Assembly (NCBI RefSeq): GCF_964204645.1 | Contig: NC_134028.1 | Span: 6,510,001 to 6,574,000 of the forward strand | DNA from: Tubulanus polymorphus | Lineage: Eukaryota > Animalia > Nemertea | Direction: 5' to 3' | DNA length: 64,000 nucleotides | Shown: positions 11,193 through 56,959 of the stretch, piece by piece | Layout of the letters: the number at the start of each line of letters is the position of its first letter | Position numbering within the stretch: the first letter of the stretch is position 1 | Notes under the pieces: generated by a model | Database searches by the model: none | Seen by the model: only the letters and a program-made list of their open reading frames with translations | Told to the model about the DNA's origin: nothing | Program-made: the position numbers and the translations under genes

Positions 11193-13416
11193 CTGGACAA
11201 TTAACCTGTCCTAGTGCAGCATGATTAACGTAAAAAGTGCCACTGATTCCGTACCGAAAGTGCTGAAAAGTGTTTACCGTACTTTCGCTTAAGCCCCACT
11301 GCTACAAACCATGCTATGATGATTTGGAATAACTGCCGGTGTTTCGACTCTGCAGTTTGATCCCGTAACTCACAACAGTGGAAGCGGGTCTCCTGAAAAA
11401 TACTGCGCAACACGAAATCAACATTAGTACATGACGTACGTAGAGTCTAGTTGTCCTTTGACCCCGAGTTCCCCTGTACTGTGAAATCATATCTTATATA
11501 CTAATATATATATATATATAAATATATATAATACCTGTGTGCTGAATAACGTGGGCTAAAATTGATGTCGAAAAAACCAATCTTACAGTCTCTCGCAGAC
11601 CATTCCCAGTTTTGAGTTTGCTTCAGAACGCAACCATATATCTAGCAATGGAGTTTGTGTACTCCTGATTGGAAATTGTCCTGAAACCTAGTATATAACG
11701 AAATGTGGTAGTTTTGAATTTGAATTGCTTTTCATGAGTTGGCAATGACAGTTAACCTTGTTTCGCTCCACGTGGCGATTGAGGAGGATTCTGCTTGAAT
11801 CTGCCAGGTTTGCTAGTGAAGTGCATTCTTCACACATCGATGCCGGATTTCTTCTCAGATTCAAATGAAATCTATCGATAATTTCTCAAATTCTATGCAT
11901 GGTGAACAAAAATCACGCTATATTTGAATCCTTTAGATCAGGTATGAGTTTATCAAGAGACTCCATTTGCCTAATGTTTTTTTATGGGAGGCTAAAAATC
12001 TAGATGGAAGTTCACTGAAAAATGAACTAAATTTTGTTTGGGTTGTCCTATGGACTACCATCTAGTGAGATAGCTGGTGGCTCGTGGTCCGTATTGTTAC
12101 GGACAGCTATCTGTGTTACTCAGTTGAATTGCAACGCATGAAATTACTGAGCGCTTAAACGGCTACGGTACTCAGAATTTTGTCAGAGGTGAAAAAATTC
12201 GGCCGAGATTTCATAGTGGCTTCAGCGTGACCAGAGCAGAGATGAGATAGTGGCGAAATAGTAGGACTACAATCTGAGCTAGTCAATTAACGTTGCCAGG
12301 AGAGTAAGACAAGGTTTGTGGTAATCTTTGATATATGGAATCTATTTTCATGGGTACCGCTGTTGTTGGTATTAAAGTGTTACGTGTAGAGAATATGATA
12401 TGTTGTTTTTTTTTTTGTACAGTGTATAGTTTTCATATCTGCCAGTTGCAAAATTTGACTCCCGCGTAATTTTGCCTCGAGATTTCGATTTATTGAAAAC
12501 TGTAGAACTGGCTCCATACCAGTAGGAAATACTGTTGTATGATACGTTTATCGCCAAATTTAGCTTTGGTGTTTCTTTTTGAATTTTGAAGACGCTTTGA
12601 TCGATTTTCTTAAGTTTCTTTCCTATGTTTATGTATCCCCTGGGGCCCATCGTCTTATGAAAATTGGGTTGGTCAGAAACAAGATGGCCTGTGAACTTTT
12701 TTGTGCCTAAGAAAATGAATCTTGGCCTGAATTCCGAGACCTGTAGCTTACCTGGTACTAATGGTTTGCCATTTTCCATTGAAATTGCAATGGGTATACT
12801 TCGGGATAGGAGTTTGAACTTATCGAACTAATATTATTGAAATTGTCAGATTTTCAAGCATTTCGCCAAGTGGGCGTAGTGTCCCTTGACCCCTAATTTA
12901 AAACCAACAGATTTTATGGTCCCCTGTAGTTCATTGTAAAATTTTTTCCTCTGTACAATGTATATGAGTTACTGGTATGGAGCTTAACACTATTTAAAGT
13001 GTGGTTTCTTTTAAAACTGAAATATCCAGTAGACTCCACTGATCTCTGTTGTAATTGTTTGACTCTGATATTTTTCGGCCTACACGTCAATTGTACAATC
13101 CTACTCTTGCTTTCTTCCGTGGTCAATTTTTAGCTGTCAAACCAGTTGAATCCGCAAAAACGTTTAAATCTGTATTGAACCCAAATTGTTGATTGGTAGG
13201 GTCGGGTAGAAATGCGTGATAAAACTGCATTTGGTAGGTGTAGGTGTAAGGTAAAGTAAAGTACTATATTTGTTATTGTAAATTTTAAAAGTTTATAAAC
13301 AAGACGTATTAACGCAGCCGTTAATGAAGGACATGGACACCCCTCCCCCGCCATGCTTCTATACAGCAAATGGCTTTGTCGGATTTGTGGTGAATCCATT
13401 AAATCTTATCATGGTA

Positions 13417-13590
13417 CAGTAGAATCCGCTTTATTCGGATTTTTTTGGCTAACAAAATTCATCTGGTTTACAGTAAATCCGGATTAGAAATCTTTTTGTT
13501 GTATATTAGTGAACAAATGGACTGCAAATATTGTCCGCATTAGACCAAAATCCGGATTAAGTCGATCCAGATTAAGCGGGTTTGACCGAG
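13417..13590. mobile_element. Tigger-like MITE
   Basis: TA-CAGTAGAATCCGCTTTATTCGG / CCAGATTAAGCGGGTTTGACCG with internal TCCGGATTA subrepeats. Confidence 0.65.
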
Positions 13591-14449
13591 TATGCCCAAC
13601 TCACAACTAACCCCTATTTCGTGAATCCTATTTGAATGCCTTGCGTATGGTGAATGAAGAAATATCGATTAGCTTGACTCGGGGAGGGAGTTCAGTTCTT
13701 TCACTGACGCCTGCACACGCGCGTGGAGGATGTTTGGGTTTTATACGTTGCGTTGTATATTCAATGCTTCATGTGACTTTGTGCTGTATGATAATAAAAT
13801 GCTAAATAATCCCCGCAATCAAATGAATATACGCTGAAAAAAAAAACCGAAATAAATACGCAGCGATTACTTCAGAAAATCTACGTGTGAAGTAGTGTAA
13901 TTGTGTAACTTAAATGATACGGCTTAGTAGCTTACTGGTATCTTAGTGAGCCATGCAAAATATTGCTTTGTATTTGGATATTCCAAGTTCATGAAATATG
14001 ATTTTTAACTTAGGTATTTCGTTTGTTATAAAAGAAGCTAATGAACTGACTGATCGCAGTCTATTTATCGATAAATGCTAGATTTTTTAAGAAAGCCACG
14101 AAATCATGTGTTGGAATCGCTTTGGGTAGATGTCGCTCTACATTGATCGCAACATGCAAGAAATCATGTGCTTTTTTCCGTCTTTCACCAGCCTTTTGAT
14201 TGATAGATGATTAATCAATGTAGACCTATTCTACCGTAACGATTTCATTTCGTTGTAGTTTATTACATTTTTTTTAGTTTCATATTGATAGATATTTTCA
14301 GCGTCGCTATACTTCAATGATTTCTCAGATTCTGAATGTATTCAGTATATATATATATAAAGAGTTAACCTTTGGATTTTGTGTCATAAGCCGATGAAAT
14401 TATCGAACTAGTAATGTAGGTTTATTTCATTTGACTTATATTCTGTTTG

Positions 14450-14677
14450 CCCTTTCAGTGCTGACTAATTAATACCCTTAAGCGCTGGAAAAAATTGTTA
14501 AAAATTCCACCCCAATGTGTTGAATACAAGGCATATCGCTTTAGCGCGTATACACCATGGTGCAGTGTATCATTAGTTACTATTACACTATGTTTGACTG
14601 GTGTTGCCATCTTAGAGATATCAAATGATTACTTACTACATCAAAACATTGCATTGCGGTGTAGATGCAGTGAAAGG
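14450..14677. mobile_element. piggyBac-like MITE, family shared with 18460-18658
   Basis: CCCTTTCAGTGCTG / CAGTGAAAGG-TTAA; internal GTATACACC.TGGTGC.GTGTATCAT and GGTG.TGCCATCTT shared with second copy. Confidence 0.65.
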
Positions 14678-16933
14678 TTAAACATGAAAGGAAAAAGCTT
14701 CTCATGAAACCGAACTCAGTGGGAAAAATATTCCGAATACCGATGATATTCCGTTGCTTGTTAGTGTTTTGTTGTATTCGTGTAATTTTTGTCTCAATGA
14801 AAAAAAAAATGCTTTCATTTTATATATGATGATTAAAAAAAATCTCCGAAAATATAATCGGCGTATAGAACCAGTCTAACAGCACACGAACGGACGAAAC
14901 CAGTCGGTGTGACAGACAGACATGTTGATGTGATATTTATTGTAGATGATATAATTGATAAGCGTATGTGAAAATAAATGGCTGATTATAGTTGAAAAAT
15001 CATGTTTTATCTCCATTTCATTGGGTAGCTGTCAGTTTCGGTGGTAATTATCAACCCAGTTGCAAGTAGTTTCTCAACGACGGAAAGCGCTAATTTGCAC
15101 ATCGCACCATTGATGTGACGAATAGCTACGAGCAATCATCTCAACAATTTGCGATAATGAATACGTTTTGACGACGCATCAACAAATATTAAAACAAAAA
15201 GCAGACATAACATTCATACTTGCACATCCTCATTCCTCACAAACTATTTTAGTATTTGCATATTGTAGGCATATAATCTATTTATGATCTTTCATAGAGA
15301 ATGATTTAGCAATTTAATTTTGAAATGACCATGCATCAACAAGCCAAAACGTTGTGCCTTGATGTTTTTTCAGAACATATTTGTTCTAAGGGCTTAGAGT
15401 GGGCCCCTGCAGATCCCAAAATTATGCAAAAATCATCAAATTAGAAAAATTCTTATGTTCATCTTAATTTTCAATTTCGTGATTTGCAAAAAAAGTTTGT
15501 TTCATTTCTCTCATCATTTGAATAAAATTCACACTCAAATAAAAGAAATTTTAATTGTATGATCCATTTTAAAAACACGTATTTAATTGTACAAATTTTT
15601 CCTACCCTCCCATTTATTTCTTGAAAATATTCGTACTTCAGGTAATTAAAATGCTAAACACACGACTATAGTCATAAATGAGTATCAAATCCGTCCATGT
15701 TAGTGTCTGAAAAATCCGCTAATGATGTGCATAGCGGCAGCACCTTACAGTGCAGTGACGCATTTACCAAAGCGCAATAAATATTCCTCAGTTTTGAAAA
15801 TTACGTTCTTTCTAAGAATCAATTCATAGCTTAATACTATGAAAATGTACGTATTTTATTATATCGCAACTAATGAATTGCATCAGACACTGAAAAACAT
15901 TTTTAAATCTGACTGTCAAGAGCGGATTTAATGCACATCTGTTACACCTACCTAGTGGTTACCATTTCATTTATCAAATTCACAAAATGATGCAATAATT
16001 CACAACGTTATGAATATTTCTCCATGTATCAGTTCACCGTATTGCCAAGCTTAATACGATAAGATATCTTAGATTAATAGAGTAGATGACATTTTTCAAT
16101 CCCCAAAACAACTATTTAGTCCTTTCCAGTTTCTCTTGGTCAATGTAATAGTCACTGTGTAGGCCTGGACTCCATCAGGCATTCAATACTTTCGGGGGGG
16201 GGGGGGGGGCAGTTGGTTAGAGTAACCCTTGGATAGTTGATGACAGTGACAATTAAAATTACATTGTCATTAAGGCATCTATCTATCGTAACCAACTAAC
16301 TGCTCAGCAGCCCCAAAACATGTCAACAACAATCAGAACAACATCCTTAGAAAAAGACTCATAGGTTTTAAAATATCTTAATTTTTTATTTTCAACATTT
16401 ACAAATAAGTTCATGGACTAACATTTTGGTGAGTTTGCCGACAGCCCAGAATATACGCTTGTTTGTATAATATCGCAGTCACATCAGCATGGTACATATC
16501 TCACATTTACTAGATGGTGCAATCGGACAAAATTTACTATTTTACCTAAAATCGATGTTTAAAATTATAATCAATTTGCAGTGAAAAACAAAACTATGAA
16601 TCAGAAAATATCAACAATTTATTTCCCTGATACCATTTTTAGATTCATTGGGAAACCGTCAGACCCACAACAACTGCACTTAATCCGAGTTTACGATGAA
16701 CCAACTTAGATCCCGTTCCACAGTTGCGAATTCAATTTGAAAATGAAATGATTTTGACCCTTCTAACTGTAGAACTCAGTACTGGCTTAATTATACCAAT
16801 AAGGTTAATATATATATGGGGTATAGATGGTCGGGTGTGTGACTCGAGTTATCGGCACAATGTGTAGGTTGTTTTTACAAAATTATAAAACTTTTTACTA
16901 TTCGATTATTAGCCTATTTGATTGATATATGCA

Positions 16934-17072
16934 CAGTTGAACCTCGTTAAGACTAAAGTCGTTTATTACGACAATTTCCAGCATGTTCCGGCTGAGATAT
17001 TTATATCCATACAGATTTGGACAATGCGAAACCGGTTTAATACGGTAATATCACTTATGCGAGGTTACTCTG
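16934..17072. mobile_element. Tigger-like MITE, second copy, in 4E-BP 3' region
   Basis: CAGTTGAACCTCGTT / GCGAGGTTACTCTG-TA; internal identity with 4245-4419. Confidence 0.7.
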
Positions 17073-17776
17073 TATTTTAAAGCAGAGTTTCAGGATAACC
17101 AAAACTCATATCACGATGACATTTCCAAATTTTAATTGACATACCATATAAGCCAGTGTGATTGTCTTTAGAAACACTGGTGTTTCAAATACATGCATTA
17201 CCCGCAGATTAGATGGCAACTCTTACAACGTGGATGTTACAGAAACCAATTGAAGGTCTTCTAATAATAGACAACCAACCTAATATGATGTCATAGGGGA
17301 TTCGTGTTGGTAGCCATCTTATCTGGAAGGATATATACGTACATGTAAATAATCTCCGCGATCACCTCAGTATCAGTTTTAATTAACGGAGGTACTTATC
17401 GTCATCAGAATATTGAATGAAGGTAAACCCAATAGTATACCTTATACAAAGAGCTCTTCGACTATACAGGTCAAGTATTCAAATACATCCTAGTTTTTTT
17501 TTTACAGACCATCTCTGTGACCCACTTTTTTCTACTACATACATGCACAAATTCTTCAAACACCCTATTAATTGATAACATGAACAAAAACTAACTTATT
17601 AACCTTTGATGAAACATTCATAATTCGTTTACTTTTTTCAACCATAATCCTTTTTATTCCCATATATCTATAACCAGTATTAATTTTGACATCGATATCA
17701 TATTTTTTGAGTTTCCCCCTGAACCTTATTTTAGAGCAAGCACATACATTATGGAACACAACCGAACTGAAATCTA

Positions 17777-17929
17777 CAGTAAACCTTACCCGCAAAAACG
17801 AACTGAATTCAGATCTCTGCAAGTCTGATATTCAAATATCCAACTAAAGAACATTTTCTTAGACTTGAATTTAACACCAGCAAAATTATGTGGTCCCAAT
17901 AAGTCCATATAAAGCAGCAAGGTTTACTG
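17777..17929. mobile_element. Tigger-like MITE
   Basis: Perfect 11-bp TIR CAGTAAACCTT / AAGGTTTACTG with TA on both sides. Confidence 0.7.
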
Positions 17930-18336
17930 TATATACATGATTTATATAAACAACAGAGCATGTTTTACGTCTTGATTGCATTTGTTACACAGTATTTAGA
18001 AGAAAACGCACTTCTACGAAACGTCTTAATCGTAATCAATGCGCAGAAATATTGTCATGAAAATAATTAGCGGCACAATCTTAGGGGGTTAATTTCAGCA
18101 CAGAATCCGAGCACATTCGAACCGAACGAAATTCGTTAGCATGATTTAACGCGTGAAAATTCGACGTTCGACTCTGAAAGGGTAAAATACTTGGCGCACA
18201 GATTTACAAACAGTTGATGTTGATGCATCTTTTGAGTTTATGTGGTCCATGCTGATAGTCAAACTCTTGTCTTTAAATCCGTGCTAATGTAGAAGGAGTG
18301 TATAATTATTTATTTGAAAGACATTTTGGGTAAATC

Positions 18337-18401
18337 TTAGATGTCCATTTGGAACTGCGAAGGTTCGTCCGTCATCCTGCCTTCCGCGCCTTCATCACTT
18401 T
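18337..18401 (-). CDS. EIF4EBP: 4E-BP exon 3
   Basis: TGCAG acceptor; ...[11 protein letters not shown]. Confidence 0.93.
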
Positions 18402-20021
18402 CTGCAATGCAAACAAGTTAATGTTGTTAGAATAGTTTGCACCAAATGATTTGAAAATCAAAAAAATTCCATCCCACTGTTGTATAATGGGCATACAACT
18501 ATAGTCCGTATACACCGTGGTGCGGTGTATCATCCCCATGTTTAACAGGTGCTGCCATCTTTCAATAAATACTAAAACATCAATACACTACGATGCAGCG
18601 TACTAGCAAAGTCCGTCGCTGATTTTATACACCGAGCGGTGTAGTCAGACTGAAAGGGCTAAGCTTCATTTATGATACAGATCAGGCCTGATCTGTAAAA
18701 CCATGCCCTGACCTTAAATATCATAGGAATTGTCAGTTGAAAAAAATGTTCAAAAATTTAAAAATATTTTTTTTTCCTCGAATCCGATTCTTACCGGGTA
18801 TTTTCTTCGGTAATCCATTCTCGCGAGGGTAATCGCCAGCTGCAGCCGGCGATGTCACACCGGGTATTTCGGGAAGATTCGGTGGCGGGCTCTTCGCTAA
18901 AGGCGAGTGTTGCATTTTCATCAAGAATTTCCTTTCGTAAATGATCTTCGTACCTAATCGAAAAAAAAAATAGACAGAATATCTCTTTCATGTTTAAATT
19001 GATAAGGGCTAACGGCACGTTTTTGGCTACAATCCAAACATATGTCACGGTGTTTTTAGCGAATAATGTAGAAAATCAAATTTAATTCAGGAGTCACACC
19101 ATGCATTTGCAATAACAGCAAATTATTGCATATTGAAGAGAATGGTGTCTATTGAATCAAAGAAGCAACAAATAAGGTTTGCACTAGTAGTTGGATAAAA
19201 TACTCGAATGTCTGCGAATTGAAGTCCCTTTTAGTAGATTTTTATATCATAAAATCAATTGTAACGAAACCACGTTTCGGCTGTTGATTAACAGCTATCA
19301 TCACGTGGAATGAGGTTTGCTCTGATGTAGTATCATTAAAGTCAAATTTCCAGGCTAAAAAAATTGATACCTTGACCCAGCCGGCTGCCTAAAAAATTAC
19401 GATCCAGCTAATAATAATAGACCTGGCAGTTATAGAAATGTACTGATTACAAATCTTTATTGCTGGATACAAAATGACCAGGCCAATTTCGAGGAACAAG
19501 AAATCAATTTATTTTTCTTAGCCTTAATCCTTTCATGAAAACATAGGCACCGTAAAACTATCTATCAATTGCCTCAATTTATTGGCCTATAGGCTAGGCA
19601 ATTAGAATAAATTACAATTCGATCGAGCAAAGTCCCGTCCTTGTACATTTAACCTTATTATTTATTTACACCGATTACTTGGAATCCAGCCATGATGTTT
19701 AGAATTCACTGTGTTATGTTTGATATGCATGCGTGAGTTCATTAATTTTCAGAGCCCAAAATCCAAATATCTCCATTTTCATGAGCCGAAACTAAATTCG
19801 AAACCTTATTGCCGAACGTTAGTCGAATGACAAGCGATGACAATTGAATAAAATCGTTTTAAAACCAGTTCATCTGTTAAATACGAACCTCCCGGGGTAG
19901 TCGAAAATAGCGTGCCTCCAGGAGTTTGCGCGTAGTCCGCTGGTAGCTGCGATGGATCGTTCACTTGCACCCTTCGAATCGGAATCTCACGGCTTTTCAG
20001 CGCTGCATGTTGCTTAGACAT
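18337..20021 (-). CDS. EIF4EBP: eIF4E-binding protein (4E-BP), complete; 3 exons, 118 aa
   Basis: Exons 20021-19889, 18953-18795, 18401-18337 (357 nt). REIP (RAIP-like) motif, [14 protein letters not shown] priming sites, YERKFLM = YXXXXLphi eIF4E-binding motif, IPGVT, C-terminal TOS motif FQMDI. Confidence 0.96.
18460..18658. mobile_element. piggyBac-like MITE, partial second copy in 4E-BP intron 2
   Basis: Ends TAGTCAGACTGAAAGGG, complementary to the left TIR of the 14.45-kb copy. Confidence 0.6.
18795..18953 (-). CDS. EIF4EBP: 4E-BP exon 2
   Basis: [24 protein letters not shown]...IPGVT; TTAG/GTAAGA. Confidence 0.95.
19268..19309 (-). ncRNA. Degenerate Penelope-type hammerhead ribozyme in 4E-BP intron 1
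   Basis: Minus strand: CCAC-GUGAUGA-UA-GCUGUU-AAUC-AACAGC-C-GAAAC-GUG-GU; perfect stem II and GAAACGU, but C3 and the cleavage-site base are G. Confidence 0.45.
19352..19524. mobile_element. MITE with GGCTAAAAAA termini, second copy
   Basis: AGGCTAAAAAAATTGATACCTTG / ATCAATTTATTTTTCTTAGCCT. Confidence 0.6.
19889..20021 (-). CDS. EIF4EBP: 4E-BP exon 1
   Basis: [18 protein letters not shown]...[12 protein letters not shown]; GTTCGT donor. Confidence 0.93.
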
Positions 20022-20173
20022 CGTTCCAGATTCCTTGTCGACGCAAATTATCAAAATTCGCTGCTTTTAAACCCGATTATTTCCCCGTTTGTTTCTATCG
20101 TCGCAATCCAAACTGTACTTCACGTTCCACCATTACTCTACCCCACGAGGAAGATACCGCGCTGAATGACAAA

Positions 20174-20181
20174 TGACGTCA
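20174..20181. promoter_or_regulatory. Full palindromic CRE (TGACGTCA) about 150 bp upstream of the 4E-BP ATG
   Basis: Exact CREB/ATF consensus within AATGACGTCATT in the putative proximal promoter; function inferred. Confidence 0.5.
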
Positions 20182-23101
20182 TTCACCACGATTTTATCTA
20201 AAATTAATTTTCTCACAATTTCAGGGATAAATAACAAAACTCGAGGTTATCAAGCGTTGATTTATGACCTAGGATTTATTGTTAATTATTGTTTTTGTAA
20301 ATTCATCGTAGCCCGAACGGAGTGCAGAGTGCAGCACCTAACGGTCTAGCAGATCCTCGCTTACCACAAGTGGAATCCCCTATTGCCACAGTCGTTTGCG
20401 GAGTCCTCAACCGAAAAATTACATGCCGTACGTAGGAAATCTTACCGCTAAGTGCAAGGGTCCACGCATCCGACGGTTTGAGACTGATCTTTGGTGAGGA
20501 CGATTTAATGACTCGATGTTCAAATGTTGTCTAACGCTGGATAACAGAAAGTACATTTGAGGGAGAGTTTGAGGGTTGAGTAGTTGTCTTACTTGCGTTT
20601 CTCTTTTGGGGGAAGGTTTACCTGGCGTCTCGTCAACACGCTGCGTTAATTCCATATTTACTCATTTCCAGGAAAAGACGAGGCTAATGTCACTTCGGAT
20701 AAAAATAGCAGCATTGTCGTGTCGCACACGGTTTCCGCACAGTGCTCGTCTATTTTTTAATAGAAGGTAGCATGAGCGAAAGGCTGTGTTGTAAAAAAAA
20801 GTAGTGTAATCAACAGAATATCACTTTATTGCTCGTGTAAAATAGAATGAAATCAATAGAACATTCTAAAGAAATATGAATATTTAGAGTAAGATATTCA
20901 AGCAATTAAAAATCCCTTTCGCCGTACAATTATGATCAGATGCCGGTTTTGGCAAAAATCGCTCTTTTACAGCTACCACTTTTTTAAGGTGATACACACA
21001 TTAATATTATATCTCTTCATCCGTTATTATCGATCGGGTGAATTATCGTCTGTCGAAAGATGATGGAATAATTTGAATCTGCGCGTTGTGTTGCAGACGA
21101 TCTAGAGAGACGGGTAAGGCAAGCGTCTGCTTTTAGCTATAAGAATCATATCATAAAATAGCGACGACGTCGTCGTCGTTGATGATTGCGAGGAAGAGAT
21201 TGTAACACATGCGCGCGAATACAGGAGGGATCATTTTCAATCCAGGTAATAAAAATCTGAAAGTAACTTGTATCATAGCGACCGAGCAATCTATTCGTAA
21301 ATTCTTAGCTGTACGCGTCGTAAAGGACTATAATATAAGTACATTCAATATGCAGCCCTGGAACAGGAAAATTTTAGTCATTATTGTACGGAATCTCAGT
21401 TTTTGATTGTTTTGGATGTTCTCAATGTTCTGTGATCTCAATTTTTGGAACTTTTTGTAAAAGGGTAATAGATACTGAAATAGATGCTCATTAGACGTTA
21501 TATTAAGGACAAAGTTCATTGTAGTCAGCGACTGGACTGTGGTTAAGTTTCATTGTCGGACATTTCACAAAACCATTTTATATATACAGATAAACCAATT
21601 AACTTGAATTCTGGCTTAAGGTCTATCCGACTGCCAAAGCTTAACGCAGCGATTTGGTCAATAAAAACGCTCGGGTTACATAAAATCAAAAACTTGATCA
21701 TCGCCACCAACCACGGCTCCGGTTCCTGTCGTTATTACCCCACACCAGCGATAAACCACTACGGTCGGGGCAGAACGCAACAGCTGGGTACATAGAATAT
21801 TCGTTTTGTCATGTAAATGAACATTATGAGCGCGGCAACATTTCTGAGTTTATTGTATAAAATTGCGTTGTTTCGTTTCGTAGAGGATGAAGCGATAGGC
21901 TGTTAAGCAGTAACACGCGGTAAATACATAACCTAGACGAACGCATATACAGCTAACGGTGACGTCGCCGCGGCGGACAGTTCGATACGGATGGTGCCGC
22001 TCGGTGAACGCTGCAATAACGCTGGCAGCGGCCGTACGTTATGCAACGTTAACGCTGGCGTAGAACGGCGCGGAAATTTATAGCGGTTTTATCTGACAGA
22101 CACGATCGTAATCGAGTAAAGTTGTCATCGGAGGGTAATCTGACAAGCAGGATGTTAATCAACGGTGCTCTAAAAATATCGGACGATTTTCAACAACGGA
22201 AACGGTCATTTTCTTTCGGATTTATATAAACGGTTATCTCAACGGATACGCGTGAATTTCAAGAACGCGCAGATCAATAACGATTTAAATCAATTAGATA
22301 TTTTCGATCTGAAATAATTCATACTATCAGGATAATCTGGCTACCAGTTGGAAATACTGGGATGTTATGCGTGTCACCGTTCTGATATACTAGTGCTGTG
22401 ATGGTATTGATCAGTAGTGAAGGTTATATTATTTTGTATCGACACTCTGAACATACATACGCCAGTTTTTAGAGCGCTTTTTTCTTCGTCGACGCGCGTG
22501 TATTTCTCTATTCGCAAAAGCTGACGTCAAACGGGTAACGGACAACAATCATGGTGTCCATATCGAAACCGTGTCCGTGGAAACGGCGTGCCGTTGACGC
22601 CGGCCAGAAATGGGACGAGTAACGCTCTAAAACAATGATATTATTCTCTACGGACAGAATAGTTAATGATATTTCGAATATTTTCCGCGTGTACTCGCCG
22701 AGGGAGATTTTCATTATTGGGACGTTCCAGGCTTAATTAGCAATTAATGTAATTTCAGCGAATAGCGTCGGAGATAGAATTCATTGCGCGCTTTGGGTTA
22801 GAGAACAAACATTAACAACGACAGACACATGTTGCATATTCTGCCATTAAATCGCGCCAGCTTTCCATATTATTTATTTTTGCGAATAGCTGGGACAGTC
22901 AATGACAATTCATGTATGCAAATGAAGCGAAACTCTGGAATCTATCATATTATAAAATGCAGGGCGCGCTTACGAACGTGTGGTCAAGATTTTAGTTGAT
23001 TTTGGTCGAGGAATCGTCGTCGTTTTGCTCATTTCATCGTTCCACATTTGGATTATGCGGGGATTGGTAAAACACAAACTTAATCATCAGTTGTTAAAAT
23101 T

Positions 23102-55342
<32,241 letters not shown>

Positions 55343-56758
55343 CAACCCTTTCTAACGTTCCACCAAGTTACACCTGTGTACAGTGACACACGTAAAAATG
55401 GCAGCTCGTGACGCGCGTGCGCAAATGGACGAGATGTTTAACTGTCGTTAAACGGATTTTTCTCGCAGTCCGATAGAAAACAAATACTTCAGATTAAGAT
55501 GAAGCTTCCAAAAAAGTTTGTCCGAGTTCCAAAGTAGTCCCTGAACAATTGTCCAAAGCAGTGGCCAAGATCAGATGCAACTCTTCAATATCAATTGCGA
55601 ATGTGGTTTTAGAAATCTCGAATTGTGTACTCTAAGTCGTTGTAATCTATCAGGTCATTTGGATGCCCTTCAAGATGACGCGTAGCAACGATATAGTTAG
55701 CTAGGGTTATTCTACTCGTATGCAGGGTACAGGAAGGCGATGCCGTTTATGTATATATACCTCATGGGTTTGATAGATACAGCGTGAGAAATAAGCATCT
55801 ACTACATTCCATTAGTTACGAACGTAGGAAATAATTTCGAAATTGTTTTTGATTAACCGCAAAAAATCGATTATTTTTTTTCCTGGCGTTCAACGTGGTC
55901 ATATCCCGTGAGAGAGGGAGTGAGTAAAAAGTACGCGCTTTTAAAGTATACATCACTAGTGCACGAGTTAAGGCGTTAAAACGTTCGTTATGCATTATGG
56001 TCTCATTAGCGAGTCGTGCTCGGCAGATTTTACTCTTGAAATGAGCCGACATTTTATTGTTCGGTCACGAGCTCCGGCGGATGTGACGTCATCAGTCCTT
56101 CTGCGTGACGTGAACTGAAATCGATTCGAAATGTAAAAATGAATATATACGGCTCGGAGAGGTAAAGTGTCGGCGATTCTTTTCCATCGATGAAAATGTC
56201 TATCCAGCTGAAAAGGATCTGAGAAGTTACTGATGAGCAACAATGTAGCGTAGCTGTCCATGAATAACGTGCGTAGCAAGCCATTGACAGACGACGGTCT
56301 CGCGCTGTAAGGAAACTATAAGAGATATCCATGAAATATATACATGGGAACTGGTCGTAAGAAACGATTGTCGCAATTGTACAGTTTTGCAAGCATTTGA
56401 ACATGTTTCCAAAAAACAACGTTATACCAAATATTTTCTATACAAAAATGCTCGGATACATTTTATCATGTGAATACATATCTTCTATGACTATCTATTA
56501 TTGCACTCGGACTTGTATATAGAATTATACTTTTTCTCGACCTTTGAAACATAGAATTTGTCTGATAGTCGTGCCAGCCACTTCACGCACTCCCAGCGTA
56601 TTCGCTTAATAAAGTTTCTTTTTCTATATCATAATCCAAATTCACTCCCTTGGAAAATCACGATGAATCCCGATGAATGGCTGAAATCATTTCTATTTTA
56701 TTATTCATGAAATTAATATCGAAATGTTATAGATTTCTACGTCTGTGATCTCTTATGC

Positions 56759-56763
<5 letters not shown>

Positions 56764-56818
<55 letters not shown>

Positions 56819-56825
56819 TGTATAT
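56764..56825. repeat. (TA)n microsatellite
   Basis: Directly visible. Confidence 0.9.
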
Positions 56826-56959
56826 TCCATAGTTACGTGGATCTAGGTGTCGATTCGATGCCGTTTGTATCACTTTTTCTTGAATGTAAAAGCCGACTGG
56901 CGAAAATGGCCACGTAAAGACAAACAGCCTCCTCCATTTAACAAGGCTTTGACGAAATC

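Noticed and set aside
12372-13399. Minus-strand ORFs of 70-135 aa
   Set aside because: Lie in the presumed CCDC6 3' UTR; no motif, splice or codon-bias support.
56045-56100. Hammerhead-like CUGAUGA...stem...GAAC...GUC on the minus strand
   Set aside because: GAAA box is incomplete and stem I does not pair; also explained by a TGACGTCA palindrome.
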